Shown: positions 41,387-54,691 of the stretch, in pieces
Layout: each line of letters begins with the position of its first letter
Numbering within the stretch: the stretch's first letter is position 1
NCBI GenBank assembly: GCA_964016885.1
Contig: OZ024743.1
Coordinates: 246,574,001-246,638,000 of the forward strand
Source of the DNA: Eledone cirrhosa
Lineage: Eukaryota
Direction: 5' to 3'
DNA: 64,000 nucleotides
The notes under the pieces: model-generated
What the model was told of the DNA's origin: nothing
What the model saw: only the letters and a program-made list of their open reading frames with translations
The model's database searches: none
Made by a program: the position numbers and the translations under genes

Positions 41387-41479
41387 CGTAAGATTCATGA
41401 ATCCTAAAAACTTCTTCAAAATTCTTATCATTGGTTCAAAACCATTTGGAAGATATTCTTTCACCTTCTCAACATTGCT
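41387..41479 (-). CDS. WAPL: WAPL exon
   Basis: tag|SNVEKVKEYLPNGFEPMIRILKKFLGFMNLT|gtaagt; 93 nt, phase 0-0. Confidence 0.92.
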
Positions 41480-42669
41480 CTATAAGGTTAAAAAATAAAT
41501 TTATTATTATTATTACATTAACAATACTAAAAGCAATTCTCAGGGAGTTTCAGTATGAGACAAGGCAGGCCCACCGAATTACTGGTACAACTCATTTTTG
41601 CCAGCTGTGTAGATTGGAGTAATGTGAAATAATATGTCTGGCAAAGACACACCACACCATGGAGAATTGAACTCATAACATTACGATTGTGAGCTAAACA
41701 CCCTAACCACTAAACCATGTGCCTTTTCATGATATAGAACAATATCAAGACTTAATATTCAATGAAAGGTAAGACAAAAGTGTCACTACATACTAATTAT
41801 GTCACTGCTAGTGCAGAATGTAGGTAGGTTATACCTTTATGTACTAAATTATGGATTTTTCCATCAGTTTTGATGATGAGCTTTCCACAGACATATATAC
41901 CCTTAACGTAGTTCTCAGGGATAGTGTGGACAAGGCTGGCTCACCGAATCACACGTACAACTAATTTTTGCCAGCTATGTAGATTGGAGTAATGTGAAAT
42001 AATGTCTTGCTCAGGACATACCACAACATGGAGAATTGAACTCACAACATTACGATTGTGAACTAAAAACCCTAACCACTAAACCATGAGTCTTCTCATG
42101 ATATAGAACAATATAGCATGGCTATGTGAATTACAGATACAACTTATTTTTGCCAGCAAAGTTGACGGGAGCAATGTGAAAATAAGGTATATTAAAGAAT
42201 ACAACGTCGCTGAAATCGAACTCATAACCTTATAATTGCAAGCCCAACACCCTAACCACTAAGCCATGTGCTGCCTCGATATATTAACTAGCAACACACA
42301 AAAGTACAATGAAATGGAGGTTACAGATGTAACAACATATCACTCACTGAAACATAATTCTTCACTTATGTAATAGTGCTACTACTACCTCCACTACCAC
42401 CATGACACCCACTACTACTACTGTTAACACCACCACCACCACGTGCTGTAAATATCAAGCAGCCACACACACACTCACACATACATACATCTGATAGCAG
42501 CAGTCTGAGCATATGTAATTGAGGGGAGGGATGATTATAAGAATAGCAGCCAAAGAAAACTGCTTCAGCAGAGGGTGAGGAGTGAGGAGAATAAAAATAA
42601 CAGCTGCTGATGAAGTTAACAAAGAGGAAGGTCAACTACAGTAAAAGCTGACTGAAGTGGTGGGAGGAC

Positions 42670-43640
42670 TAATAGTATAGAGGTGGCAGTGGTAGTTGGA
42701 GCGGTGATAGTGGAGAGGTGGTTGGAGTGGTGATAGTGTAGTGGTGGTTGGAGTGGTGATATTGTAGTGGTGGTTGGAGTGGTGTAGTGGTAGTGGTATA
42801 GCAGTAGTTGGAGTGATGGTGGTGTAGAGGTGATAGTTTTGGAGCAGTGGTGGTTGAAGTGGTAGTGGTAATTGGAGTGATAGGGCATGGTGATTGTAGT
42901 GATAATGGTATGGTGTGGGGGTGGTTGGAGTGGGGGTAGTTGGACAGGTGATGGTGTAATGGTGGTTGGAATGGTGAAGGTGTGGTGTTGGTGTAGTGGT
43001 AGTTGGAGTGATGTTGCTGTAGTGGTAGTGGTGTAGTGGTGGTGATGTAGTTGGAGTGGTGGTGGTATTGTGGTAGTTGGAGTGATGTTGCTGTAGTGGT
43101 AGTTGGAGTGGTGTTGGTGTAGTGGTAGTCGGAGTGGTGTTGGTGGTGTAGTGGTAGTTGGAGTGGTGTTGGTGTAGTGGTAGTTGGAGTGGTGGTGGTG
43201 TAGTGGTAGTTGGAATGGTGTTGGTGTAGTGGTAGTGGTGTAGTGGTAGTGATGTTGTGGTAGTTGGAGTGGTGGTGGTGTAGTGGTAGTTGGAGTGATG
43301 GTAGTGTAGTGGTAGTTGGAGTGATGGTGGTGTAGTGGTAGTTGAAGTGGTGGTGGTGTAGTGGTAGTTGGAGTGGTGGTGGTGTAGTGGTAGTTGGAAT
43401 GGTGTTGGTGTAGTGGTAGTGGTGTAGTGGTAGTGATGTTGTGGTAGTTGGAGTGGTGGTGGTGTAGTGGTAGTTGGAGTGATGGTAGTGTAGTGGTAGT
43501 TGGAGTGATGGTGGTGTAGTGGTAGTTGAAGTGGTGGTGGTGTAGTGGTAGTTGGAGTGGTGGTGGTGTAGTGGTAGTTGGAGTGGTGGTGGTGTAGTGG
43601 TAGTTGGAGTGGTGGTGGTGTAGTGGTAGTTGGAGTGATA
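42670..43640. repeat. G/T-rich 26-bp minisatellite (gtgtagtggtagttggagtggtggtg)n in a WAPL intron
   Basis: Homogeneous at the right end and degenerate leftwards, with a higher-order duplication of about 180 bp. Confidence 0.92.
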
Positions 43641-43881
43641 CACCAATGATTACCACACTCAACATAAACACTGTTCAATACCCAACACTGCTATAACAGT
43701 ATATATTACAGTCAACACAGCTACATCAGTGAACATATAAGTACTAGTATGTACCATAATAAACCAGTATTTATAACACTAAACATTGATATAGCAGTGT
43801 TTATTACAGTCAACATAAATATAACTGTTTACTACAGCCAACATAGACACAACATTTACTACAATGTGATAAGGTACATAC

Positions 43882-43970
43882 CCGGTTGTCTTGAATAAGG
43901 CAACCAATTAACAAGGCAACATAGGCTGCAACAAAGCTGTTTTCCATATGTTTTCCGGCTTCGTGTAAGG
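43882..43970 (-). CDS. WAPL: WAPL exon
   Basis: cag|ALHEAGKHMENSFVAAYVALLIGCLIQDNR|gtatgt; 89 nt, phase 1-0; conserved AGKHME motif. Confidence 0.95.
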
Positions 43971-44107
43971 CTGCAAAGAGGAAATTATAATGTAAAACAT
44001 ATAACCTCATTACCATATTTTTAGTGAAACACACTGCCTATAATTTTCAAACTACTTAAAAAATAAAGAATTTGGAGATAGTAATATAACTAACTTTTCA
44101 TTATTAA

Positions 44108-44506
44108 GTGGTGGATTGGCAGTATCGGTAGAGGTTCGGACGCCATGCTTTGATGCATAGAGTTACGGCCCTTTCCAATCTGAGTTCAAATCCCGCCGAG
44201 GTTAACTTTGCCTTTCATCCTTACGGGGTCGATAAAATAAAGTACCAGTAATGCACTGGGTAATTGCTGGCCTTGTGCCAAAAAGTAGAAACAATTATTA
44301 TCATAATTATTAGGGTGGTGGATTGGCAGTATCGGTAGAGGATCGGACGCCATGCTTTGATGCATAGAGTTACGGCCCTTGCCATTCTGAGTTCAAATCC
44401 CGCCGAGGTTAACTTTGCCTTTCATCCTTACGGGGTCGATAAAATAAAGTACCAGTAATGTACTGGGTAATTGCTGGCCTTGTGCCAAAAGTAGAAACAA
44501 TTATTA
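44108..44506 (+). mobile_element. Two tandem full-length family A SINEs (tRNA head, Nin/Deu-like core)
   Basis: 44108..44300 and 44312..44506 are nearly identical, with A-box tggcagtatcggta, B-box gagttcaaatccc and an (ATT)n tail. Confidence 0.88.
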
Positions 44507-46146
44507 AGTTGGTGTTTGGAACATAAATTATTAGATAAAAATAAATACTTGAAAACAAAATAAATGCTGTTGTATCCTAAAACCAAAGGTAGTTTCAGGT
44601 GGTTTGGTTTCAAAAGAGTTGGGTTAACCCTTGATACAAACCCAGCCAAAACCAGTTCTGGTTCTATGAAACAAAACCACCTATTTTAAGGGTTCCTATT
44701 TAAATTATAATCTTCCAACATAGATTTATATAAGAATCATATGTTCAGTTACTATCTTAGTAATGAAATAATTAAAACTTTTGGTAAATCTCTTAAAATT
44801 CTACATTAACTAATTGAAAATTGAGTGTATTTCATTAGAAATATGGTCATAAAATGATAATATAATAATTTCTAATTTAGGCACTAAGTCAACAATTATA
44901 GGGGAAGGGAAACGTCAATTAAATGGATCTCACTATTTGACTGGTACTTTATTTGATTAGGGCAAGATTTGAACTCACAACATAAAGAGCTAGATCAAAT
45001 ACCATAAAGCAGTTTGTCCTTGTTCTACTAATTCTGCCAATCCAATAATATTAATAAAGATTTTTAATTTAGGCATAAGGCCAATAATTTTAGGGGGAAG
45101 GGGAAAGTCAATTAAGTCAACTGCAATATTTGACTGGTACTTTATTTTTATCAAATCCTGGAAGGATGAAAGGTCAAGGTTAACTTCCAGGGAATGTGAA
45201 CTCAGAGCAGAAGGAGCCAGAACAAATATGACAAAGCATTTATCTGATGATTTAACAGTCCTGCAGTCTCACTGCTGGCATGGTTACTATGGTTGGATGC
45301 CCTTCCTGTTACCACCCACTTAACAGAGTATTTTGGGTGTGATTTAATTTATTGTAGCACCAGCACTAGAGAGGTTAGCATGTCCTTGAAAAAACAGGAG
45401 AGACCTGTCTATCTTGCCTACCTCTTTGGCAGAGCCCATGACTTCTAAGACTAGCATGAAGGATGGAAAAAGGTATTTGCAAGCTGGAGACTTGGTTCAA
45501 TTACTTGCAACGATTAGGGCCAGGTTGTGTTAAACTGGGCAATAAATTAAGTCTACCACACATGTAGGCCAAAGCAAGATGCAAAGCTGGAACAAATACA
45601 CAGCTGTCTTGTCTCACTCTCTAACAATTTCACCAGTTCATTGTTAGAGACTGGTACTTTATTTTATTATCCCTGAAAAAGTGAAACACAAAGTTGAGCT
45701 CAAGAGAACACAAGGTACTTTGTCTGACTTTAACAATCCACCATCAAGGCTCATAAGAAAAAATAGTTGAAGAAGTTTAAAATAAAAGTACATATATATA
45801 TATATATAAAATAAGAAAATGTCTTGTGAAGTGGAATGGCTGATACAGCCAAGGGTGTAGAATTTTGCCCCAACCTCCACATTTTTTTCTTTTTCTTTTA
45901 ATTGTATTACTGAAGCAGAATAAAGTTTACTTACATAAACAAAAAAGTAAAAAAAAATGATGTTGCTGTGACTATTACTACTTAATACTGTTGTTATTAC
46001 TGCTGCTGCTGCTGCTACTACTACTGTTGTTATTAGTATTGCTGCTGCTGCTACTACTACTGTTGCTATCAGTATTGCTGCTACTGCTACTACTATTACT
46101 ATTACCACCACCACTACTACTGCTGCTGATAAATGTAGAAGCTTAC

Positions 46147-46384
46147 CTTTTGTGAATTTCTCTTCGGCATCTGTAGCATCACCAAGTGATTCATCCTCCC
46201 CATTGTGTCTCTGCTCATTTTGCTTCTCAGCTTCTTTCCGTTTTGTCCCCACAATCCACTGCAGACATGAGTCTGATTCATGCCAGTTGCCACTCTTATT
46301 GGGAGAAGACCCTTCTGTGTTGGATCCTTCTTCCTCTTCTTGTGCTTCCATTTCACGAGCAGCAAGTTCTTTACGACAAAATAA
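46147..46384 (-). CDS. WAPL: WAPL exon (acidic loop)
   Basis: cag|LFCRKELAAREMEAQEEEE...SPNKSGNWHES...EEKFTK|gtaag; 238 nt, phase 0-1. Confidence 0.92.
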
Positions 46385-49126
46385 CTGGAAAAAAACAAAA
46401 ATATCATTGTATTAAACATTTTTTACTAGATGTTGAAGAACAATGGACAATGTGTTAGATTAACTCTTAACATCCCAAACTGATTTAAATGCAAATATTT
46501 AAATATGGATTTCTTAATTCAAATGTTTATAGTATCTTTACTAGTAGACAGATCATTGTGAAAATTTGCAATATTAAAGTAAACAGATTAATTTTAAATT
46601 TTATGCAGCCATAGTGCTGTTTTGTACTTGTCAAGAATGCCTTGCTAATGTGGTATGATGCAGTACAGGATGTCAAGAGTAAATAATGATTTCTAATTTA
46701 AGCACAAGGCCAGTAATTGGAGAGAGAGAGAGAGGGAGAGAGAGATTAAATTGATCCCAGTATTTAACTGGCAGTTAATTTTAGCAGTATGGGAGGGGAT
46801 AGAAGAGAGTATGATGGAAGTGGCACTGTAGGGTTTAGGGTTCCCTCGTTGAGTCATATGCAGTGCATAATAAGCAGAGCAACTTTTGCTAATTCTTTTC
46901 TTTGCACATCTACAAATGCAATCAATTCAGTGACCCTGAAGAGGTATTTTCATTTTCTTATTTCCTAACTTGAATTTGGTATTGATGGAGCTCTCTAGTT
47001 GTTAAATTTGGTATACAAGGATTCCACTAATCACTAAGTTCATTATCAAAGGAGCTATCCAGTTCCTAGATTTGACATCCATGGAGCTCCCCAGTTGCTA
47101 AATTCATTATCAAAGGATCTCTCTAATGCCTAAATTTTGTATCAAATGAGTTCTTCAGTTGCTAAATTTGGAATTTAGGGATACGGTCTGCCTGAGAGGT
47201 TGGGGGTTCTGATTAAGTACCGACTTCGTCTGTAACGACCTGTCTCGTCCTTGAAAGCAGGGAAAATAGATGATGATGAGGATGACTGAGATTTTCTGTG
47301 CCAATCTTTACAAAAGATTGACTAACGTAATCAAGGATATTCTTATCAATAGTACCCAGACCAGTCATATACTGTAAGTGTAAGTTCCATGAAGCCAGTT
47401 GGCTATTGTGACTGTCTGCACAAGTCACCAATCTTCCAACAGTAGGATACTGTCATCACTATCACATTATCTTTCTTTTCTTTTGAAAAAGTCCTAATTT
47501 CAAAATACTATAAAATATAAGGTAAAAGTCTAAACTGTTGTTTTATTTTTCTTACTTTACTTTAGTTTTCACTCATGTATTTCTAATATGCATTGTATCA
47601 GCTTTCTCAAAACAACCATAACTTTTTTTTATATTTTGGCTAATATGACTACACCAATCTGCAATTGTTACTAATCTTCCAACCTAAAATTTACACAGTA
47701 AAGGCAGCAGTCATCCTCAACACCACACCCCATTTCTCTTCTTTTGAAAAACCTACCCACGAAATACCATGAAGTGTAAGGTAAAAGTATCAACTCTTGT
47801 TTTATTGTTCTTACTCCACTCTAGTTTTCACTCTTATATTTCTAATTTGCAGTGGAATGGCTTTCCCCAAACAATAAGTACATTTTTTTGCAAGAGTGTC
47901 TCAAATATTCACTGCAAGAACAAAAACGTAAATTAAATTCTTTTATTGTATACAGGTGCAGGCAGTAAGGAGTTCTCTTGGACCAGTAGTCGCCCATCTA
48001 TACCAATCTCCCCTCGCCACGCCACTGATATTGTCCAAGGGAAAGGCAATGGCCGATACAGCTTGACACCAATGATGTCGCAACTGATTCCTATAGCTAA
48101 GTAAACTCGAGTAACGTAAAATAAAGTGTCTTGCTCAAGGACACAACGCATTACCCAATCCGGGAATCGAACTCACAACCTCACGATTACAAGCATAACG
48201 CTCTAGCCATTAAACCATGCACGCTCACATGTCGTTTCAAGACTGTGCCCAAAGATGGCCACAGTATAATGACTGAAACCAGTAAATGAATACAATTATT
48301 TAAACGCAGATTTGATTTCCACCAGTACTATAATTACATGCCTCTTTTCTATCACCCTCCCTTTTATTCTATTACAGTCACTGAGAAGATCAGCTTCTAC
48401 TCCTTCCTCCATTCAATGTTCTGCTCCCCCTCCCTCTGTCTTCCCCTCTCCAACTCACACAGTCAACTAAACCTCACATACACTGACTGTCTTACTAGAT
48501 TTTATAACTCGTTAAATAAACCGATACTTACTCTCAAGTGTTTCAAGTGCTTTTCTCTTATAAATATTATATCTAATATCTTTCTAAGTATCTGCCACCC
48601 CTCCCTAGCAGATACATTGCTTTCTCCTTCTCTCTCACTACTTTCAGTCAGTTATATAACCATAATGCTTGCTTTACGTTTTCTTGTTTTACTTCTTCTA
48701 CAACCCCCTCCCTAATAACACAGCCGCTCAACTTGTGTATCAATTATGATACACAAGTGAAAGATGCCCCCCCCCCCCCGTCTGTTTACATCTTTTATTT
48801 TGTCTTTTCTCTTACTTTCTAAAGCCATTAGACTGCGGCCATGCTAGGGAACTGTCATATAAATTTCTTTTTGTTGAACAACTAGATTAAGGGGCATACA
48901 CAAACAGAAAGACACGGACACATTTTATGGCGGGCTTCCACAAAGATTCCGTCTTACAAGGTGTTGATTGGTCAACTCAAGGTTATAATAGAAGACACGT
49001 CCAAGGGACAACGTGCTGGGATTGAGCCCCCAAACAAAGTGGTTGGGAAGCAAACTCCTTAACTACACAGCCATGTCTGCAGATATAATTATATATATTT
49101 CTCTCTGAGCCGTGTGTGTATATATA

Positions 49127-49206
49127 TAGTCTGTTTGCTTTTTACGCGAATTTGCTTTACGTGCCGCGTTCACGAACGCATCTTCGTGTAAAAAGCGAAC
49201 ACACTG
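49127..49206. mobile_element. 80-bp mariner-type mini-MITE
   Basis: Terminal inverted repeats tagtctgtttgctttttacgcgaa / ttcgtgtaaaaagcgaacacactg, embedded in (TA)n. Confidence 0.65.
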
Positions 49207-49773
49207 TATATATATATATACACACACATATAATTTAGTCTAATTTATACTAATGTCAGGGTCGATTGGAAGAATGGTTGGCAATATTTGTCCCAGCTCT
49301 TTACATTCTGAGTTCAACTCTCCCCAAGGTCACCTTTGCCTTTTTGGGGTCCATAAAATAAAGCCCTAGTCAAGTGATCTGGTTGTTATTAAGTATTCTG
49401 ATATAATAAATGATCAAAATATCATTTTTATCTTTAATCACTTCCATATGACAGTAATCAAATGATCTCGTCTTTGTTCACATATACCACATTCAGTGTG
49501 GTTTTTATTTATAGCTGGATGCTCTTCCTAATACCAACCACTTTACAGAGTATATTAGGGTTTTAAGAAACAGTAAATGTTGACAACAAAAGCAAAGGTT
49601 CTCAAAGAGGGCGCGACTGCCTCTCGGGGGGGGGGGGGGGGCTGAGAAGGTCCAGGGGGAGAGGGGTTAGAGATGATTATAATAGTATATCAAATGATAC
49701 ATACTATATATAAATACAGTAAAATAAAAAATATATATTTATTTATACATAGTTTATATTATTTATTACATAC

Positions 49774-51235
49774 TAACAGAAAAACCACCCTCCGGGTGGT
49801 TTTCTGCTAGCATGTCTAGTGTGCATATTTATATTATATACAAATACACATGCATGTAGATATATGTCAAATACAATCGTAATTGACAATATAGACAGAA
49901 ATTGAAGAAAGACTGTGTTACACTGTCTTCTGTAATCAGTAACGTAATCCATGATACATTTAAAAAAGACGATATATATAAACTGCATTACGGTGAAATG
50001 TAATGAAACCCTATATAACGATGCAAATATATGGATGTTTATATAAGCGATGTAATAAGTGTTATGATATAACGGACGCTAACTGGAGTGTAGACATTTG
50101 AAAATTTTAAAAGAAGTGAATCTTAAAATAAGCAAGCTCAAAAGAGCCACAGAATGTTATAATAAACCTTCAAAAGTGTGGGACTAGAGTTGTTGCTCAA
50201 AAATATTGTAATCATTATCTATCGTACACTCTGTGGCATCCTTTTATAAAAAAAGAGACTCATAACGAACTCAAGACGACACAATAATTATTTAAGCTAA
50301 TGTTCAATATCTCATATTAGATGTTTAGTAATGATTAATACGAAATGCACTTAAACCGAATTCTATATTATAAATTCACTTAAATAATTATCGTGCCGTC
50401 TTGAGTTCGTTATGAGTCTCTTTTTTATAAAAGGATGCCACAAAGTGTACGGTAGATAATGATTACAATATTTTTGAGCAACAACTTTAGTCCCACACTT
50501 TTGAAGGTTTATTATAACATTCTGTGGCACTTTTGGGCTTGCGCATTTTTCAGGTCTAGTTTAATATTCTTTTAAAGCAACGCTTGTAATAACTCTAGTT
50601 AAACATGATATATATTAATAATAAATTATCGTTGTAATGTAATTAGATTATATAATTGTTATTTTATAAATGATCTTATAAATATTATTGTAAGATGTAT
50701 AAAAATATTTTCAGACTTTTAATATAGACAACTACAAAAAACAATCATTATTAAATAAATATATTTTACATAATAATTGTTATAGTTGAATTAATAAAAA
50801 TTAAATATTACATACAAATAGTCTAACATAATAATATCTAACATAAAACGAACAATAATATGGACAAATATACAAGTAAATATGATACAACCAATATTAT
50901 AAGCATGTTATAACGAACTGAAAAAAAAATAGTTAATATAAATTTTAAAAAATCATATATAAATTAACAATATTACTTACCAAAACGAGAAAAATATTTT
51001 GATGATAAACGACGAAATACAGGAGGAAGATTCGAAAGCGAAACGATAAATAAACGTGCAAACAAAGTGGCGGATGCTTTTGAGCAACAATTACTCTCAT
51101 TGGTTGATTAGCAAATAAGATGATGAAATTAGCCAATAAGACGATACATTACAAAAGATGTTTGAATTTTTTTATTCACAAGCTACGCATATATATCAGA
51201 CACGCAGACTTACAGACTTAAAACATTCTGTTGTT
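49774..51235 (-). mobile_element. Possible Helitron-derived element in a WAPL intron, with an internal inverted repeat
   Basis: The minus strand starts aacagaatgttttaagtctgtaagtctg, resembling the 32745 5' end. It ends with hairpin accacccggagggtggt-ttttctg-TTAG|T. 50133..50296 is inverted at 50379..50545. Confidence 0.45.
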
Positions 51236-51934
51236 AGTCACTGCATGTCTAACAGATAAGAATATTTAATCAACAGCTACGAAATTTAGTAGATAAATTA
51301 TGTAATATTCATTCGTTATTATTCAAAGTAATCTAACTTATTTTACTAATGGGATAAACAATATATATTCGGGATGCAGTCCTGCACTGCTCCCTTTATT
51401 ATAGTTATGATTATTTACAATTTGCTTTTAGGCAGGTCTCTTTGGAAATAGGGTAGGGAGGCACTGAGGTTATTACGTGGCTGTGAGGGGGGCAGTGGCC
51501 CCAAAAGCTTCAGAACCTCTGGGCTAATGGGATACCTATAACCAATGGTCCTATGATAAAATGCATCCAGTATATTTGCAAAATGTATGATTAACTCTTT
51601 CATTACCACATTTCTAATGAAATACATGAAATAGGGAAAACAAATGTTAAATGATGATGATGATGCATAGGCTATTTAATTGAAAAAAAAAAAAAAAAAA
51701 AAAAAAAAATTAGTAAATAACTAATTTTCTCATTTATTAACTTTAGAACATAACTTAAGAAAAGGATCATATAAAAAAATTATAATGGAAGGTTTAGATT
51801 TATATATGAACTCTTTAAAATAAATGTTTTACTTTCATAGAATCAGGGACAGTTTCAAGTGGGTTGGTATCAGAAAGGTTAATACACAAATATATATATT
51901 AAAAAAAAAAAAAAAGCATCCAAGGTTTACTTAC

Positions 51935-52069
51935 ATCAACAAGGGCTTCAACAGCACCAAGTTTCTCTGATGGAATTGAACTCTCAGGAGGTCGAAGTGT
52001 TTCCATGGTAATTAGAAGACGCCGGTTGACCACACAATGTTCCACAAGATTGATCAACAAACCAAGACT
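51935..52069 (-). CDS. WAPL: WAPL exon
   Basis: tag|SLGLLINLVEHCVVNRRLLITMET...GAVEALVD|gtaagt; 135 nt; conserved LGLLINLVE motif. Confidence 0.95.
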
Positions 52070-52775
52070 CTAAAATAGTGAAGGTAGAAGAAACCTTGAG
52101 CTCCACATAACGGCACGACTATGTAGATATTAGTACTTTTTTTGCTCACCCTAAGCAAGACAGTAAAGCCACTAAAATGCAAGGGGCTACTGAGAAGTGA
52201 AAAAGACAAGATAGAAAGAATATAATTCAAGGAAAGGGAAGATGATGATTGATGTTGCTTTTGAATTTTTACAAATTGTAATGGTCAGGAAAGAAACTAT
52301 GAGATAGAATTTGTGATTGCATTTAGGAACTTCAATAAAAGCCTTTACGAGAGGCAATATTTTGGACCAGCACCCCAACCCTTTGTCCAAGACGGCAAAT
52401 TAGTAGAGTTATTAGGGGGCTGGATTAAAAGTATTTTTATATTTGTTCCACCTCTCTGCACTATGTTCAAATCTCATCGAAGTTAACTTTACCTTCCATC
52501 CTTGCAGAGTTGATAAATATAGTACCAGTTCAATACTGGAGCCAATACTTCTACCTTACTTTATTATTTTTTCTTTGAAAGAAATCGGCTGTGTTCAGAT
52601 CTGGAAAGAGATGAGCTCTGCCAGGTTTAAAATCCCTAAGACATGCTGTGTGTCAGGACGGCACACCTATGACTCCTCAAGGACATTAAGAGCTCTTTCC
52701 TTTTCTGTTTTTTTTTACACTGAAGAAATCTTGCTAATTAACAAAAGTAAAAGAAAGAAGTAGTGCCAAACTCAC

Positions 52776-52891
52776 CAAGACTAATAAGTCAAACTGTTTG
52801 CACATCAAGGTGTACTGAGGCACCTGAAGTATACAGTCAAAGACTGTTTGAATAAGACCTCTCTGGGAACCAATTTTGGTACAACCATAAT
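52776..52891 (-). CDS. WAPL: WAPL exon
   Basis: cag|DYGCTKIGSQRGLIQTVFDCILQVPQYTLMCKQFDLLVL|gtgag; 116 nt, phase 1-0. Confidence 0.93.
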
Positions 52892-53057
52892 CTGAAGTGG
52901 AAAGAAGATTTCTAATGTAATAATAACAACAATTATGAGAGAGATTAATAGATAGAAAAACGGAGGGATAGCTTGAGAGAGAGAAATTGATAGACACAAA
53001 GATAGAGAGGAGGGAGGGAGAGAAAGCTAGAGGGACAGTTAAAGAGATAAAGATAGG

Positions 53058-53137
<80 letters not shown>

Positions 53138-54245
53138 GAAAGTTACAGAGAAAAAGTGCAAAAAGTTAGAAACTGGTCAAGAAATTGAAGCAATAAAATT
53201 GTATCTAATCTAGATTTGAGCAATGATTAATATATTGTGGCTGATATCATTGTCTTCATGACCTACCCTGGCATAACAACCACACTAGTAAATAACCCTT
53301 CATTTGGAGATCTGCAAGCAATCTCATCATAATCAATGGGGGGTGGATGCAATCGCTGACAAACAATGATGTCTGTTTTTCATGTTGGCATGTATTGGAC
53401 ATGCCCTTATAGTTCAGATCAGCACTTACTCAGTGTTACTGTTCTCTTAGACAGGCCGGGGGAACTGTCTCCCCCTCCCTCTTGCCCTGGTTCTATGGCT
53501 GGATGCCCTTCATAACACCATCCACATTAGAAAGGTTGTCATGTTATTGATAAGCCTAACACAGTCCTTTCTAATCTTTTTGGCATAATTTCTAACGTTG
53601 AATACCTTTCCTAATGCCAACCACCTTGCAGAGTGTACTGGGTGTAATATATTGACACCAACACTAGGGAGGATGTTATGTTGTTAACAAGACTAAAGGG
53701 TCTTCCTGGCCTTATGTTATCTCTATTTGATCACTGGCCCCTTTACAGTGTGCACAATGTATATTTTAACATGACACCAACATTAGGGAGGTTGTTATTT
53801 CTTTGACATGCCTGAAGAGTATTTTCTATGATGTCATTAAAAATGTACTCAGTGAACTACCAGAAGTCATAGTGGAGACAGAGGAAGTACTACAATCCTA
53901 ATTATCCCAGGTGTGTGTGGAGAGGGGCCTGGTGCTGAATGCTCAAGGTATGAACATAGAAAAGAAGGTGACAAGACTTTTATTCCATTGTCCACTGTAT
54001 CAGTTACCATATTTAGTAACATAGATATAGATCAGAAAGGTTGTTACAGTCCAATTCAGCCCTTAATCAGAGTTACTGTTCTCCTAGAAGAGCAGGAGAA
54101 CTGTCTCACGTTCCCTTTTTATGGACTTGTTTCTATAGCTGAATGACCTTCCTAACAGATTCTGCACAGAATGGCAGGGTGGAGGATGAAGCTAAAACAA
54201 AAAACAATAAAGTGTTTAGGGAGAATATCTAAATACACAACGCAC

Positions 54246-54406
54246 CATTTTCGTGTGTTAAGTTGAGCAGAACACGTAGAATAGCTAGCATGCAACTGAA
54301 GATAATCCAGCCATTGGACTCCTTATCCATGGTACTTTCACTCGGTCGATCAGGATCATCCCTCAAAGGAAAGTTAGAAATGGTACTCTGACAATGCCGC
54401 AATGTT
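54246..54406 (-). CDS. WAPL: WAPL exon
   Basis: cag|TLRHCQST...CMLAILRVLLNLTHEN|gtgcg; 161 nt, phase 2-1. Confidence 0.93.
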
Positions 54407-54653
54407 CTGGAAAAACAACAACAACAAAAGATAAATAAAAGCAATTCATTTTTAGAATGGAGCAATAATTGTAATAATTTCTGTCAAACATTTAATGAAC
54501 ATAGACATAGGGATAGCTGTGTGGTTTAAGAGTTTACTTCACAACTATGTAGTTTGGAGCTGTCCCTCTCTGTGACACTTTGAGCAGGTGTCTCTCACTT
54601 TAGCCTTGGATTTACTAGTTCCTAGAGGTAGATAGATACCGCAGAAGGCTGCC

Positions 54654-54691
<38 letters not shown>

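Noticed and set aside
42616-43678. 325-351 aa His/Thr/Pro-rich ORFs
   Set aside because: All three frames are open because of the minisatellite, and the flanking WAPL exons splice in phase without them.
44108-44200. tRNA-like A/B boxes
   Set aside because: These are SINE heads, with no cloverleaf or acceptor stem.
45659-46146. Hydrophobic Ala/Val extension of ORF 45659..46351
   Set aside because: Intron read-through over trinucleotide repeats past the GT donor at 46146.
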